A DNA stretch of 64,000 bases from Actinomycetes bacterium. Its GTDB lineage: Bacteria > Actinomycetota > Acidimicrobiia > Acidimicrobiales > CADCSY01. The stretch covers positions 8,740-72,739 of the forward strand of contig JANNNX010000074.1 of the NCBI GenBank assembly GCA_031398745.1, read 5' to 3'. How positions within the stretch are numbered: position 1 is the stretch's first letter; each line of letters opens with the position of its first letter. Positions 1-8,882 of the stretch are shown here, one piece after another. Made by a program: the position numbers and the translations under genes. Under the pieces are notes generated by a model that searched no databases, was not told the origin of the DNA, and saw only the letters and a program-made list of their open reading frames with translations.

Positions 1-662
1 AGGAACTCGGTCGTCTGGGGGAAGCCGACGACGTAGGCCCGCACCGCCGGGTCGGTACCGGTGAGGTCGCGGAGCTCGTCGACCCAGTGCGGGTTGGGCA
101 GGAAGCGGCAGTCGATGACCAGGTCGACGTCGAGCGGGAGACCGTGCTTGTAGCCGAAGGACACGATGCTGGTCTGCATCTCGTCGCCGTCGGTACCCAG
201 GCCGAACAGGTCGACCAGACGGTCGCGGAGCTGGTGGACGTTGAGGTCGCTGGTGTCCACGACCACGTCCGCCTCGGCCTTCAGCGGCTCGAGCAGGGTG
301 CGCTCCCGGCGCACGGCGTCGGCCACCCCGGAGTCATCGGCCTGGGGGTGACGCCGCCGGGTGTCCTCGTAGCGTCGGATCAACACGTCATCGGCGGCAT
401 CGAGGAACAGCAGCCGCACCCGCTCCGCGGTGGCCCGGAGCTGCTCGAGGGCCGAGGTCAACTCGGTGCCGTCGGTGCGGACCCCGGCCACCAGCGCCAC
501 CCGGTCGATCGACGATCCCGGGGCCTGGGCCAGCTCGGCCACCTTGTCGACCAGCACCGGGGGCAGGTTGTCGATCACGAACCAGCCGAGGTCCTCGAGC
601 ACCTTGGCCGACTCGCTGCGACCGGCGCCGGACAGGCCGGTGATCAGGATGAACTTGCTCAT
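1..662 (-). CDS. rapZ: RNase adapter / nucleotide-binding protein RapZ (YvcJ family). The C-terminus runs off the window edge.
   Basis: The minus-strand frame is open from the ATG at 662-660 to the window edge, which is why it is absent from the ORF track. The translation begins MSKFILITGLSGAGRSESAKVLEDLGWFVIDNLPPVLV. That gives a P-loop (GLSGAGRS) plus the DNLP motif, and later FGYKHGLPLDVDLVIDCRFLPNPHW, typical of RapZ. Its position downstream of uvrC matches the actinobacterial uvrC-rapZ-yvcK-whiA arrangement. Confidence 0.85.
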   Translation of the reverse strand, partial: MSKFILITGLSGAGRSESAKVLEDLGWFVIDNLPPVLVDKVAELAQAPGSSIDRVALVAGVRTDGTELTSALEQLRATAERVRLLFLDAADDVLIRRYEDTRRRHPQADDSGVADAVRRERTLLEPLKAEADVVVDTSDLNVHQLRDRLVDLFGLGTDGDEMQTSIVSFGYKHGLPLDVDLVIDCRFLPNPHWVDELRDLTGTDPAVRAYVVGFPQTTEF

Positions 663-735
663 GCGCGCCCCTGGGAGAGAGCCTCAGGCTAACGGCCGGG
701 CCCCGAGTGGCTCGGGACCGCCGGCGCCGGCCGGT

Positions 736-1482
736 TCAGGCGAGGCCCTTCTCGGCCCGCAGAAAAAGGAGGCGGGGGATGCTGGCGGCCTCGACGTACT
801 CGTAGGCCCGGGCCAGGAAGCCCGGTGGCGGCGCCGGCTCGTCCATGTGGGCGATGGTCAGTCCCGCGTCGGCCATGGCGTTGACATACCGGGACAGCGG
901 CCGATGGACGAACGGGATGAAGACCCCCTTCTCCACCTCCTGGAGGCTCTCGTCCTCGATCAGGTACGGACCGATGCGCCAGTACTGCTCGGGAGGATCG
1001 AGGATCTGGTCATCGATCCAACCCGAGTTGGGCGTCTGCAGCAGCGGGTGGTTGAGGAAGAACAGGAACCGCCCGCCGGGGCGGAGCACCCGGGCGACCT
1101 CGGCGATGGCCCGGTCGACCTCCCGGATGTGCTCGAACACCAGGCAGGCGACGACGGCATCGAACGAGTGGTCGGCGAAGGGCAGGCCCGCAGCGTCGGC
1201 CCGGGCATAGCCCACTCCCCCACCCCGCCGGCCAGCCTCGACCACCTGGTTCCAGGTGGGGTCGATGCCGACCACCCGTCGGGCCCCGCCGGTCACGGCC
1301 AGGCGGGCGATCTGGCCCTCGCCGGTGCCCACGTCGAGCACGTCGGCGGCGCCGGCCAGGTGCTCGGCGGCGAGCGGCAGGATCTGCTCCTCGTACTCGG
1401 GGTCGGCCCCGTCGGTGAAGCCGTCCTGCCACCACCCGGCGTTCGCTTCCCAGAGGTCCTCCGGGCCGGTGGGGCCGGTCAT
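736..1482 (-). CDS. Class I SAM-dependent methyltransferase (Methyltransf_11-like, small-molecule type)
   Basis: This is the C-terminal 248 aa of track ORF 736..2031, starting at MTGPTGPEDLWEANAGWW. It has the SAM motif I VLDVGTGEG, an acidic loop GIDP, and FDAVVACLVFEHI...LRPGGRFLF. The upstream part of the ORF is Arg/Gly-rich junk overlapping the next gene. The ATG at 1482 overlaps the upstream stop (ATGA). No DNA-methyltransferase motifs (DPPY/PCQ) were seen. Confidence 0.8.
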   Translation of the reverse strand: MTGPTGPEDLWEANAGWWQDGFTDGADPEYEEQILPLAAEHLAGAADVLDVGTGEGQIARLAVTGGARRVVGIDPTWNQVVEAGRRGGGVGYARADAAGLPFADHSFDAVVACLVFEHIREVDRAIAEVARVLRPGGRFLFFLNHPLLQTPNSGWIDDQILDPPEQYWRIGPYLIEDESLQEVEKGVFIPFVHRPLSRYVNAMADAGLTIAHMDEPAPPPGFLARAYEYVEAASIPRLLFLRAEKGLA

Positions 1483-1988
1483 GCTCCCTCGTCGAAGAGC
1501 TGCGCCACGAAGAACCGAGCAGCCACGTCGAGGCGGTCGCCGAACACTTCCTCGGCCACCGCCAGGACGCTGGAAGCGTCGGAGAGGCCGAGGTGCCCGG
1601 CCAGCAGGGCGACGTCGGCTTCGTCCTCCCCCACCCGGTGAGCCAGCACTTTCAGGGCAAGCAGCATCCGGGCCGAGGCTGTCGACACCCGTAGTCCGGG
1701 GACCTCGAGCACGACGCTGGCCTCGGCATCGGGCCCGGCCAGGAAGCCCTTCACCGCGTCGTTCAGCCAGCCACTGGCCAGCACGTACTCGTCGGCCATG
1801 CGGGCGGCCTCGGCGTAGATGGCCACCTTCGGCTCGAAGACGGCGTCGATGTCGCGGGTCGAACGACGCTCGTCGAAACCGAGGGCGATCGCCGCCCCCC
1901 CGACGACGTACAGCTCGCCGGTGACGCCGTCGGCCGCCAGCCGTCGGCCGAGCTCGGACAGGAGGCGGATGATCTCGGCGCGATCCAC
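1479..1988 (-). CDS. Minimal nucleotidyltransferase-fold protein (DUF6036-like by recollection). Function unknown.
   Basis: A 169-aa ORF with coding-like composition. The segment GELYVVGGAAIALGFDERRSTRDIDAVFEP resembles the G[GS]-x9-13-D-x-D signature of the pol-beta/MNT nucleotidyltransferase fold. It is followed by WLNDAVKGF and a helical C-terminal half. Its stop overlaps the methyltransferase start. Confidence 0.6.
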   Translation of the reverse strand: MDRAEIIRLLSELGRRLAADGVTGELYVVGGAAIALGFDERRSTRDIDAVFEPKVAIYAEAARMADEYVLASGWLNDAVKGFLAGPDAEASVVLEVPGLRVSTASARMLLALKVLAHRVGEDEADVALLAGHLGLSDASSVLAVAEEVFGDRLDVAARFFVAQLFDEGA

Positions 1989-1991
1989 GGG

Positions 1992-2369
1992 TCAGACCCG
2001 CACCAGGGAGCGAGCTGGCCAGAAGATGCAACGTCGCTTGAGAGCCATGGGGGTCTGAGCCAGGGCGATGGCCCGGAACCCGGGGACGTCGCTGACGAAC
2101 CAGAACTGGTCCAGGAAGCGGTCGACGCCCACGGTCCAGGCTGGCACCGGCAGGCCACGCTCGGTGGCCGTGTGCTCGGCCAGGGCACCGAGCAGTGCAT
2201 CGGCCCGCGGGTTGCCGGTGAGCGACGGCTCGGCGTCGATGAGGTCGAGCACCTCGGCGGCCGAACCGCGCGCGGCGGCGTCGAGCCAGTCCCGAGCCTC
2301 GGCCAGGGGGTCGGCGCCCGCCCGGATCCGATCGGCCAACGCCGTGAGCTGCATCGACAGCGGGGCCAC
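1992..2369 (-). CDS. Hypothetical protein, putative partner of the nucleotidyltransferase-fold protein. No recognisable HTH.
   Basis: A 125-aa ORF (GTG at 2369, alternative ATG at 2354). It lies 39 nt downstream of the uvrC stop and 3 nt upstream of the next gene. The C-terminal segment FLDQFWFVSDVPGFRAIALAQTPMALKRRCIFWPARSLVRV resembles, from memory, the C-terminal domain of actinobacterial proteins that pair with these small nucleotidyltransferases. Confidence 0.55.
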   Translation of the reverse strand: MAPLSMQLTALADRIRAGADPLAEARDWLDAAARGSAAEVLDLIDAEPSLTGNPRADALLGALAEHTATERGLPVPAWTVGVDRFLDQFWFVSDVPGFRAIALAQTPMALKRRCIFWPARSLVRV

Positions 2370-2408
2370 GGCGGGACGGTACCGGGCCTGGGGGGCTGCG
2401 CTGTCGGA

Positions 2409-4280
2409 TCAGCGGTGGGCGGGCGTCGGCCGGTGGAGCTTGTCGTGGACCGCTCGGGCCACCGGCTCGGGTAGCCAGGTCAGGCCGAGCAGGTCGTCGA
2501 GGCTGGCCGCCTTGACCGCGGCGATACCGCCCAGCTCCTTGCGCAACCGCTTCTGGCGGGCCGGCCCCAGCCCGGCGATGCCGTCGAGGGCGCTGACCGT
2601 CATGCGCTTGCCCCGCAGCTCGCGGTGGTAGGTGATGGCGAAGCGGTGGGCCTCGTCGCGGATGCGCTGGAGCAGGTACAGGGCCTCGGACTGGCGGGGC
2701 AGCCGGATCGGCTCGGGGTCGCCGGGGCGGTAGACCTCCTCGAAGCGCTTGGCCAGAGCCGCCACCGGGATCTCCTCGGTGAGCCCGAGCTCGTCGAGGA
2801 CCTCGACGGCCACCGCCAGCTGGCCCTTGCCCCCGTCAACCAGCAGCAGCTGGGGCGGATAGGAGAAGCGGCCGGTGCGCTCGGCCACCGGCAGCCGGCG
2901 ATCGGCCAGGTAGGCCTGGAGCCGCCGGGTCAGCACCTCCCGCATGGCCGAATAGTCGTCGTTGCCGTCGACCGTGCGGACCTTGAACCGGCGGTAGTCG
3001 GACTTCTTGGCCAGGCCGTCCTCGACCACCACCATCGAGCCCACGTAGTCGGTGCCCTGGATGTGGCTCATGTCGTAGCACTCGATGCGCAGGGGGGCCT
3101 CGGGCAGGCCGAGGGCCTCCTGGAGCTCGTTGAGGGCCTTGGCCCGGCTGTTGTGGTCGGCCGAGCGCCGCAGCCGGTGGCGGGTGAACTCCTCGACCGC
3201 GTTGCGGGTCACCGTCTCCTGCAGGCTGCGCTTGTCGCCCCGCTGCGGGACCCGGATGGTCACCGCCGCCCCCCGCTCCTGGCGAAGCCAGGCCTCGAGT
3301 ACGGCGGTGTCACTGGGCTCGTCGGGCACCAGGACCTCGCGGGGGATGCCGAGGGTGGGCTCGGCATAGAGGCCCTCGACTACCCGGCTGATCAGCTCGG
3401 CCCGGGTCAGGTCCTCGACCTTGTCGAGCACGAAGCCCCGGCGGCCCACCACCCGGCCCCGGCGGACGAAGAACACCTGCACAGCCGCTTCCAGCTCGTC
3501 CTCCGTGAGGCCGACCACGTCGATGTCCTCCGGCCGCTCGACGACCATCTGTTGGCGTTCGATGGCCTTGCGGACACTGGCCAGACGGTCGCGGAGGCGG
3601 GCCGCTCGCTCGTACTCGAGGGCGTCGGCGGCCGCCTGCATGTCCGCCTCGAGCCGCTCGACCACCGGGGCGGTGTCGCCGTCGAGGAAGTCGATCAGCT
3701 CGGCCACCAGGCGGTCGTAGTCCTCGGGGGCGATCTCGCCCACGCAGGGGCCCGAGCACTTCTCGATGTGGAACAGGAGGCAGGGCCGGCCCAGACGCTG
3801 GTGGCGGACCAGCTTGGTGTCGGAGCAGGTGCGGATGGGGAAGGTCCGCAGCAGCAGGTCGAGCGTCTCACGGATGGCGTAGGCGTGGCCGTAGGGCCCG
3901 AAGTACCGGGTGCCCTTCTGCTTGGCCCCCCGCATCACCCGGGCCCGGGGCCACTCGTCGGACAGGGTGACCGCCAGGTACGGGTAGCTCTTGTCGTCCT
4001 TGAGCCGGATGTTGAACCGGGGCCGGTGGGCCTTGATCAGGCTGAACTCGAGCATGAGGGCTTCGACCTCGTTGCGGACCTCGATCCACTCGACGCGGTC
4101 GGCGGCGGCGACCATCTGCGCGGTGCGCAAGGGGAGCGTGCGAGGGTCGACGAAGTAGTTCGACAGGCGTTGGCGCAACGAGGCCGCCTTGCCCACGTAG
4201 AGCACCCGGCCGTCGCGATCGAGGAACTGGTAGGACCCGGGGGTGTCGGGGATCGTCCCGGTCGGCGGTCGCGTCACCAT
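2409..4280 (-). CDS. uvrC: Excinuclease ABC subunit C
   Basis: 623 aa. It has an N-terminal GIY-YIG segment (PGSYQFLDRDGRVLYVGKAASLRQRLSNYF), a UVR domain, the UvrC endonuclease region and a C-terminal (HhH)2. Confidence 0.95.
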   Translation of the reverse strand: MVTRPPTGTIPDTPGSYQFLDRDGRVLYVGKAASLRQRLSNYFVDPRTLPLRTAQMVAAADRVEWIEVRNEVEALMLEFSLIKAHRPRFNIRLKDDKSYPYLAVTLSDEWPRARVMRGAKQKGTRYFGPYGHAYAIRETLDLLLRTFPIRTCSDTKLVRHQRLGRPCLLFHIEKCSGPCVGEIAPEDYDRLVAELIDFLDGDTAPVVERLEADMQAAADALEYERAARLRDRLASVRKAIERQQMVVERPEDIDVVGLTEDELEAAVQVFFVRRGRVVGRRGFVLDKVEDLTRAELISRVVEGLYAEPTLGIPREVLVPDEPSDTAVLEAWLRQERGAAVTIRVPQRGDKRSLQETVTRNAVEEFTRHRLRRSADHNSRAKALNELQEALGLPEAPLRIECYDMSHIQGTDYVGSMVVVEDGLAKKSDYRRFKVRTVDGNDDYSAMREVLTRRLQAYLADRRLPVAERTGRFSYPPQLLLVDGGKGQLAVAVEVLDELGLTEEIPVAALAKRFEEVYRPGDPEPIRLPRQSEALYLLQRIRDEAHRFAITYHRELRGKRMTVSALDGIAGLGPARQKRLRKELGGIAAVKAASLDDLLGLTWLPEPVARAVHDKLHRPTPAHR

Positions 4281-4333
4281 GGGCGCCAGTCTGGCGGCTG
4301 GGACGGACCCATCACGGCCCTAGGCTGAAGCCG

Positions 4334-5428
4334 ATGTTGCGCCTCCAGGTGCCCCTTCCCCCCCGCTGGCGGGACGCCTCGGCCGAGGAACTGGCGGACT
4401 CGATTGCCGCCTCCAAGGCCGTGCTCGGCGATCGGCTGTACATCCTCGGGCACCACTACCAGCGCGACGACATCATGCGCTGGGCCGACGCTCGAGGTGA
4501 CTCGTACCGGCTGTCGCGGCTGGCCGCCGACAACCCCACGGCCGAGTACATCGTGTTCTGCGGCGTCCACTTCATGGCCGAGTCGGCCGACATCCTCACC
4601 GGGGAGCACCAGCAGGTGCTGCTCCCCGACCTGAACGCCGGCTGCTCGATGGCCGACATGGCCGACATCGATGAGGTGGAGGAGGCCTGGGACGCGCTGG
4701 CCGAGGTGATCGACGTCGACCGCCTGGTCCCCATCACCTACATGAACTCGTCGGCCGACCTCAAGGCGTTCGTGGGTCGCCATGGCGGCTCGGTGTGCAC
4801 CTCGACCAACGCCGGCGCGGTCATGGCCTGGGCGCTGGGTCGGGGCGACCAGGTGCTCTTCTTCCCCGACCAGCACCTGGGCCGCAACACGGCCCTGGCC
4901 ATGGGCTACGGCCACGACGACCTCGCCCTGTGGGACCCGCGTCAGGCGCTCGGCGGCCTGAGCCCCGAGGCGTGCGCCCGAGCCACCGTGCTGCTGTGGC
5001 GGGGCCACTGCTCCATCCACCAGCGATTCACCCCGGCGCACATCGCCGCCTTCCGGGCCGAGCACCCGGGTGGGATCGTGCTCGCCCACCCGGAGACGAG
5101 CTACGAGGTGTGCGACCTGGCCGACGAGGTCGGGTCGACCGACGCCATCATCCGAGCCGTCGAAGCCGCGCCCCCGGGGTCGGTGCTCGGCGTAGCCACC
5201 GAGATCCACCTGGTCCAGCGCCTCGGTGCCGAGCACCCCGACAAGACCGTGGTGTCGCTCGACCCGATCGTCTGCCCGTGCTCGACGATGTCGAGGATCG
5301 ACCCGAACCACCTGGCCTGGGTGCTCGACAACCTGACCGAGGGCCGAGTGCTCAACCGGATCACCGTGGAGCCCGACACCGCCGAGTGGGCCCGGGTCGC
5401 CCTCCAGCGCATGCTCGACATCACCTGA
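4334..5428 (+). CDS. nadA: Quinolinate synthase NadA
   Basis: 364 aa. Matching segments are ILGHHYQRDDI, FCGVHFMAESADIL, LNAGCSMADMA, YMNSSADLKAFVG and CPCSTMSRI, which fit the Cys ligands of the 4Fe-4S cluster. It is divergent from uvrC with a 53-nt spacer. No nadB or nadC is adjacent. Confidence 0.9.
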   Translation: MLRLQVPLPPRWRDASAEELADSIAASKAVLGDRLYILGHHYQRDDIMRWADARGDSYRLSRLAADNPTAEYIVFCGVHFMAESADILTGEHQQVLLPDLNAGCSMADMADIDEVEEAWDALAEVIDVDRLVPITYMNSSADLKAFVGRHGGSVCTSTNAGAVMAWALGRGDQVLFFPDQHLGRNTALAMGYGHDDLALWDPRQALGGLSPEACARATVLLWRGHCSIHQRFTPAHIAAFRAEHPGGIVLAHPETSYEVCDLADEVGSTDAIIRAVEAAPPGSVLGVATEIHLVQRLGAEHPDKTVVSLDPIVCPCSTMSRIDPNHLAWVLDNLTEGRVLNRITVEPDTAEWARVALQRMLDIT

Positions 5429-6632
5429 CCGTCCCCCACCGCGATCGGTCCGGCGACGACGCGATAGAGCGCCAGAGCAGCGTGATCAGGACAAGCTGAG
5501 AAGCGAGCGTGGTCCACGCCGCCCCCCGCGCTCCCCATTGCGGGATCGCGACCAGGTTCACCCCCACGTTCAGGCCGAGGGCAATGAACACCGCCCGCGC
5601 GTACCTCCGCCGGTCGACCACCATCACCGTGGCCGTCAGCACCAGGACCGCGGCACTGGGAACGGCCGCCATGGCCAGCACCGTGAGGAGCTCGCCACCG
5701 GAGCGGTAGCTGGTGCCGTAGAGCGCACCCAGGACACGATCGGGGGCGACCAGTCCCACCACCACGATCGGCAGTACCGAGACCACGGCGAGCAGCGCGG
5801 CGCGACGGATGAGCGGGACGACCAGATCGGGGGCGGTGGCCGCCACCCGGGGGGCTACCAGCGAGGCCAGGGCCAGGGCCGGGAGCAGGCTGGCATCCAG
5901 CAGCTTGTAGGCCGCGCCGTAGTGCGCGAGGTCCGAGGCCGAGCCGAGGACGCCGAGGAGCCAGACGTCGAGCCGCCAGTAGACGTTGGCCAGCGGCACG
6001 GCCACGGCCAACCACCACAACCCGCTCCTCGACCCATCCGGAGGCGCGGGTGGGCTGCCGTCGTCGGGCAGTGCACTCGTTCGCCATGCGAAGAGAAGGA
6101 GGGTGGCGACGTCGGCCGCGGCGTAGACCGCGACCGCCCCGAGCAGCCCCCCGCCCGCAGCCAGCACCGCGACACCGACCCCCAGGACGAGTGCTCTCGA
6201 GCCGACTTCGGTGCCGACTTCGACACCGATCGGTCCGAACGCCCGCCAGGCGGTGGCCAGCACACCGTGCACCGACGTCGCCGCCACCGAGGCGCCGAAC
6301 ACCAGCGCGACCAACACCGACGGCCGGGATGCCGCGGTCAGGTAGGCGAGCGCGACCACCGCGGCTGCGGCCACGCCCGACCGGGCGCGGCGCCGGGCGG
6401 CGGCACCGGCGATCTGGCGGGCGGCCGTGGGTCGCCGGGCGACGTCGGCCGACACGGTGGCCGTCAGTCCGAGGTCCGCGGCCTGCACCGCGATCGCTCC
6501 CATGGCCAGCAACAACACCAGGTCGCCGAACGCGGCTACGTCGAGTTCTCGAGCCGCCACGAACAGCCAGATCGCCGACACCCCGGCCGCGCCGATCTTG
6601 GCCGCGGTGAGGATCGACGCCTTGGTCAGCAT
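5421..6632 (-). CDS. Polysaccharide/oligosaccharide flippase (MOP/Wzx family) membrane protein
   Basis: This is the C-terminal 403 aa of track ORF 5421..6923, starting at MLTKASILTAAKIGAAGVSAIWLF. It is a polytopic protein with about 12 hydrophobic segments and a Wzx-like N-terminus. It is the last gene of the glycosyltransferase operon. Its 3' end overlaps the nadA 3' end by 8 nt (convergent). Confidence 0.7.
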   Translation of the reverse strand: MLTKASILTAAKIGAAGVSAIWLFVAARELDVAAFGDLVLLLAMGAIAVQAADLGLTATVSADVARRPTAARQIAGAAARRRARSGVAAAAVVALAYLTAASRPSVLVALVFGASVAATSVHGVLATAWRAFGPIGVEVGTEVGSRALVLGVGVAVLAAGGGLLGAVAVYAAADVATLLLFAWRTSALPDDGSPPAPPDGSRSGLWWLAVAVPLANVYWRLDVWLLGVLGSASDLAHYGAAYKLLDASLLPALALASLVAPRVAATAPDLVVPLIRRAALLAVVSVLPIVVVGLVAPDRVLGALYGTSYRSGGELLTVLAMAAVPSAAVLVLTATVMVVDRRRYARAVFIALGLNVGVNLVAIPQWGARGAAWTTLASQLVLITLLWRSIASSPDRSRWGTVR

Positions 6633-6711
6633 GCGGCGCCAGCTCCCGTCGTTCGACGAGCTGGGCAACCCCTGGGGAGGGGGCGTGGATTGGGCGTGGG
6701 CCGGGCGCACG

Positions 6712-7962
6712 TCAGGCTCCCGCGGCGAGTGGCGAACCGACCCGGACCGTGATCGCGTGCTCGATGAGCTCCCGGTAGCCCGGGCCGACCACGCGCCAAT
6801 CGAACCGATCTCGCACCCGCCGCTGGCGGCTCCGGCGGGCCCCGGGTGCCTCGACGTCTCCGAGCACGGCCGTGAGCTCCTGGGCGAGGGCGGGGACCGA
6901 GCGCATGTCGACGTAGCGGGCACCGTCCTCCAGGATCCACCGGCTGGCCGGGAAGTCGTGGACGATCATCGGCACCCCGGCCGCGGCCGCCTCGACGTAG
7001 GCCCGGCTCAGGCCCTCCTCGGTGGACGCCAGCGCGAACTCATCGGCGATCTCGTAGAGCCGAGCGACCTCCTGGGGGGCCACGGTCGTCATGGTGAAGC
7101 CGTCGACACCCAGCTCCTCGGTTGCCCGTCGCCGCAGGGCCGAGGTCTCCGCCTCCTCCGCGCCGGCCATGACCAGGTGCACCGCCTGGGATCGGGAGAC
7201 GGCCCGCACGGCCGACACCAGGTGGTGATGACGCTTGTGGTGCAGGTTCAGCGCACCGATCGACAACACGATGGCCCCCTCGGACGGGATCCCGAGGGCT
7301 GCCCGCCGGGAGCGCCGATCGGCGCTGGCCAGCCGCGGCGGAGGCGTCCCCAGGTCGAACCCGTAGGGAAGCAGCACCTGGCGCGCCTCCGGCTCGCCGG
7401 CCTCGATGGCCAAGTCCAGGGCGGGCCCGGTGAGGTGCTGCACCAGATCGGCGAACGGGTAAGGCGGGGGCCACGGGGCGCCGTTGGAGAAGACGATCGA
7501 CCAACTCCCGCCAAACCGACGTCGAAAGCCGGCGAGCGCCCGGGTGGCGAGCACGTCGCTGGCGATCACCACATCGGGCCGGAACCGGCGCAGCGCGACC
7601 GCGGCACTGCACGCGAACGACAGCTGCTCGACCTCGTAGGGCGACACCCTCAGCCGGCGACGGGCGGCGGCGCGCGCGAGTCCCTTCCAGGAGAGGCTCG
7701 CCCGATCGGCGGTGTCCGGCGTCGTTCTCGCCCCCAGAGCGCGACTGAGGCGGCTGGCCACTGGCCGGTCACGACGCAGAGCGGTCGCACGCACGGCGTT
7801 CGAACTCGATGGCCCGCTCCCCTTCACGAGCAGGGGAACGACATCGGCCATGGCGCCGAGCTCGTCCACAAGCTCCGAGGAAAAGGTCTCGTAGCCACGG
7901 GTCACGTGGTCCAAGCCGCTGCACAGGACCGCCACCCGTCGTGGTCGATCGGCGCCCCTCAC
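6712..7962 (-). CDS. Glycosyltransferase family 4 (GT-B, GT1 superfamily)
   Basis: The C-terminal half has the GT4 signature (LSIGALNLHHKRHHHLV...HLVMAGA...ALASTEEGLSRAYVEAAAAGVPMIVHD), including the E-x7-E region. A GTG at 7962 overlaps the upstream stop (GTGA). The longer track ORF (to 8142) overlaps the upstream GT2 gene. Confidence 0.75.
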   Translation of the reverse strand: MRGADRPRRVAVLCSGLDHVTRGYETFSSELVDELGAMADVVPLLVKGSGPSSSNAVRATALRRDRPVASRLSRALGARTTPDTADRASLSWKGLARAAARRRLRVSPYEVEQLSFACSAAVALRRFRPDVVIASDVLATRALAGFRRRFGGSWSIVFSNGAPWPPPYPFADLVQHLTGPALDLAIEAGEPEARQVLLPYGFDLGTPPPRLASADRRSRRAALGIPSEGAIVLSIGALNLHHKRHHHLVSAVRAVSRSQAVHLVMAGAEEAETSALRRRATEELGVDGFTMTTVAPQEVARLYEIADEFALASTEEGLSRAYVEAAAAGVPMIVHDFPASRWILEDGARYVDMRSVPALAQELTAVLGDVEAPGARRSRQRRVRDRFDWRVVGPGYRELIEHAITVRVGSPLAAGA

Positions 7963-8882
7963 CGAACCTCTCCCGATCGGGCGGGCGCCCGAGATGGCTC
8001 CGAAGGGCCGGCGTCCAGTGGCCGACGAGCTGCTCGCCACAGGGCCGTGCCGTAGCAGGCCAACCCGACCACTCGGAGGGCGACGTAGCCGATGGCCCCC
8101 ATCCGGCCCGCTACCGCCCGATAGTCCCGATAGCGGCGGCACCAGTAGGTCGGCGAGGCCATGCCCCTCGCAGCCGACGCCACCGAGTCATGCGGGTGGG
8201 TGGCCCGCAGCGCCGCCCGGGCCCGACCGTGCTTGGCGAAGGTGCGCAGCACACCGACCAGACTCACCCGGTGGTCGTGGGCCACGGTGGCATCCGGCGT
8301 CACCACAAGCTTCCCGCCGGCGGCAACCAGGCGCCAGCTGAGATCGACGTCCTCACCGGCGGGGCTGGGGAAGCGCTCGTCGAATCCCCCGACCGCCTCA
8401 ATGGCCGATCGCCGGAAGGCGGCGTTGGCCGTCACCAGGTACCGAGCCTGGACGCCGTCGCCCACCAGCCCGTGGTCGACCTGACGCTCGAGCTGCACGA
8501 AGGTGGCAATGAAGCTCGGGGTCAGCGGCTGAATGCGACCGCCTACCCCCACCACCGACGGGTCGTCGAACGGGCGCACCATCTCGACCAACCAACCGGG
8601 GTCAGGGATGCAGTCGTCGTCCGTGAAAGCCACCAAGGGTGCCGACGACGTTCGCCAGCCACGGTTGCGCGCCGCCGCCGGACCGGCCTGGGCCTGGGCC
8701 ACATGGGCGGCCCCGGCCGTCGACAGGAACTCGTGAGTGCCATCGGTCGAGCCGTCGTCGACCACCACCACCTCGAACCCCCCGGGGGGCGGCACGCAGC
8801 GTTCGAGGGCAGCGAGCAGCCGACGGAGCGAGGCCACGCGGTTGTGGGTCGGCACCACAACCGTGACCGCCACGTCAGCCAT
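7959..8882 (-). CDS. Glycosyltransferase family 2
   Basis: 307 aa. It begins VTVVVPTHNRVASLRRLLAAL, then VVVVDDGSTDGT, ARNRGW and AFTDDDCIPDPGW (DxD). There is one C-terminal hydrophobic segment. Confidence 0.85.
   Translation of the reverse strand: MADVAVTVVVPTHNRVASLRRLLAALERCVPPPGGFEVVVVDDGSTDGTHEFLSTAGAAHVAQAQAGPAAARNRGWRTSSAPLVAFTDDDCIPDPGWLVEMVRPFDDPSVVGVGGRIQPLTPSFIATFVQLERQVDHGLVGDGVQARYLVTANAAFRRSAIEAVGGFDERFPSPAGEDVDLSWRLVAAGGKLVVTPDATVAHDHRVSLVGVLRTFAKHGRARAALRATHPHDSVASAARGMASPTYWCRRYRDYRAVAGRMGAIGYVALRVVGLACYGTALWRAARRPLDAGPSEPSRAPARSGEVR

Noticed and set aside
2625-4328. Very long ORFs antisense to, or out of frame with, real genes. Examples are 2625..4328(+), 16352..18517(+), 26245..28227(+), 34693..36561(+), 37179..39113(-), 38630..41023(-), 40905..42569(-) and 61059..63434(-) beyond residue 437.
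   Set aside because: Their translations are low-complexity and Arg/Pro/Gly/Ala/His-rich with no recognisable motifs. They overlap genes that have unambiguous conserved motifs on the other strand or frame. Long stop-free antisense frames are expected at this GC content.
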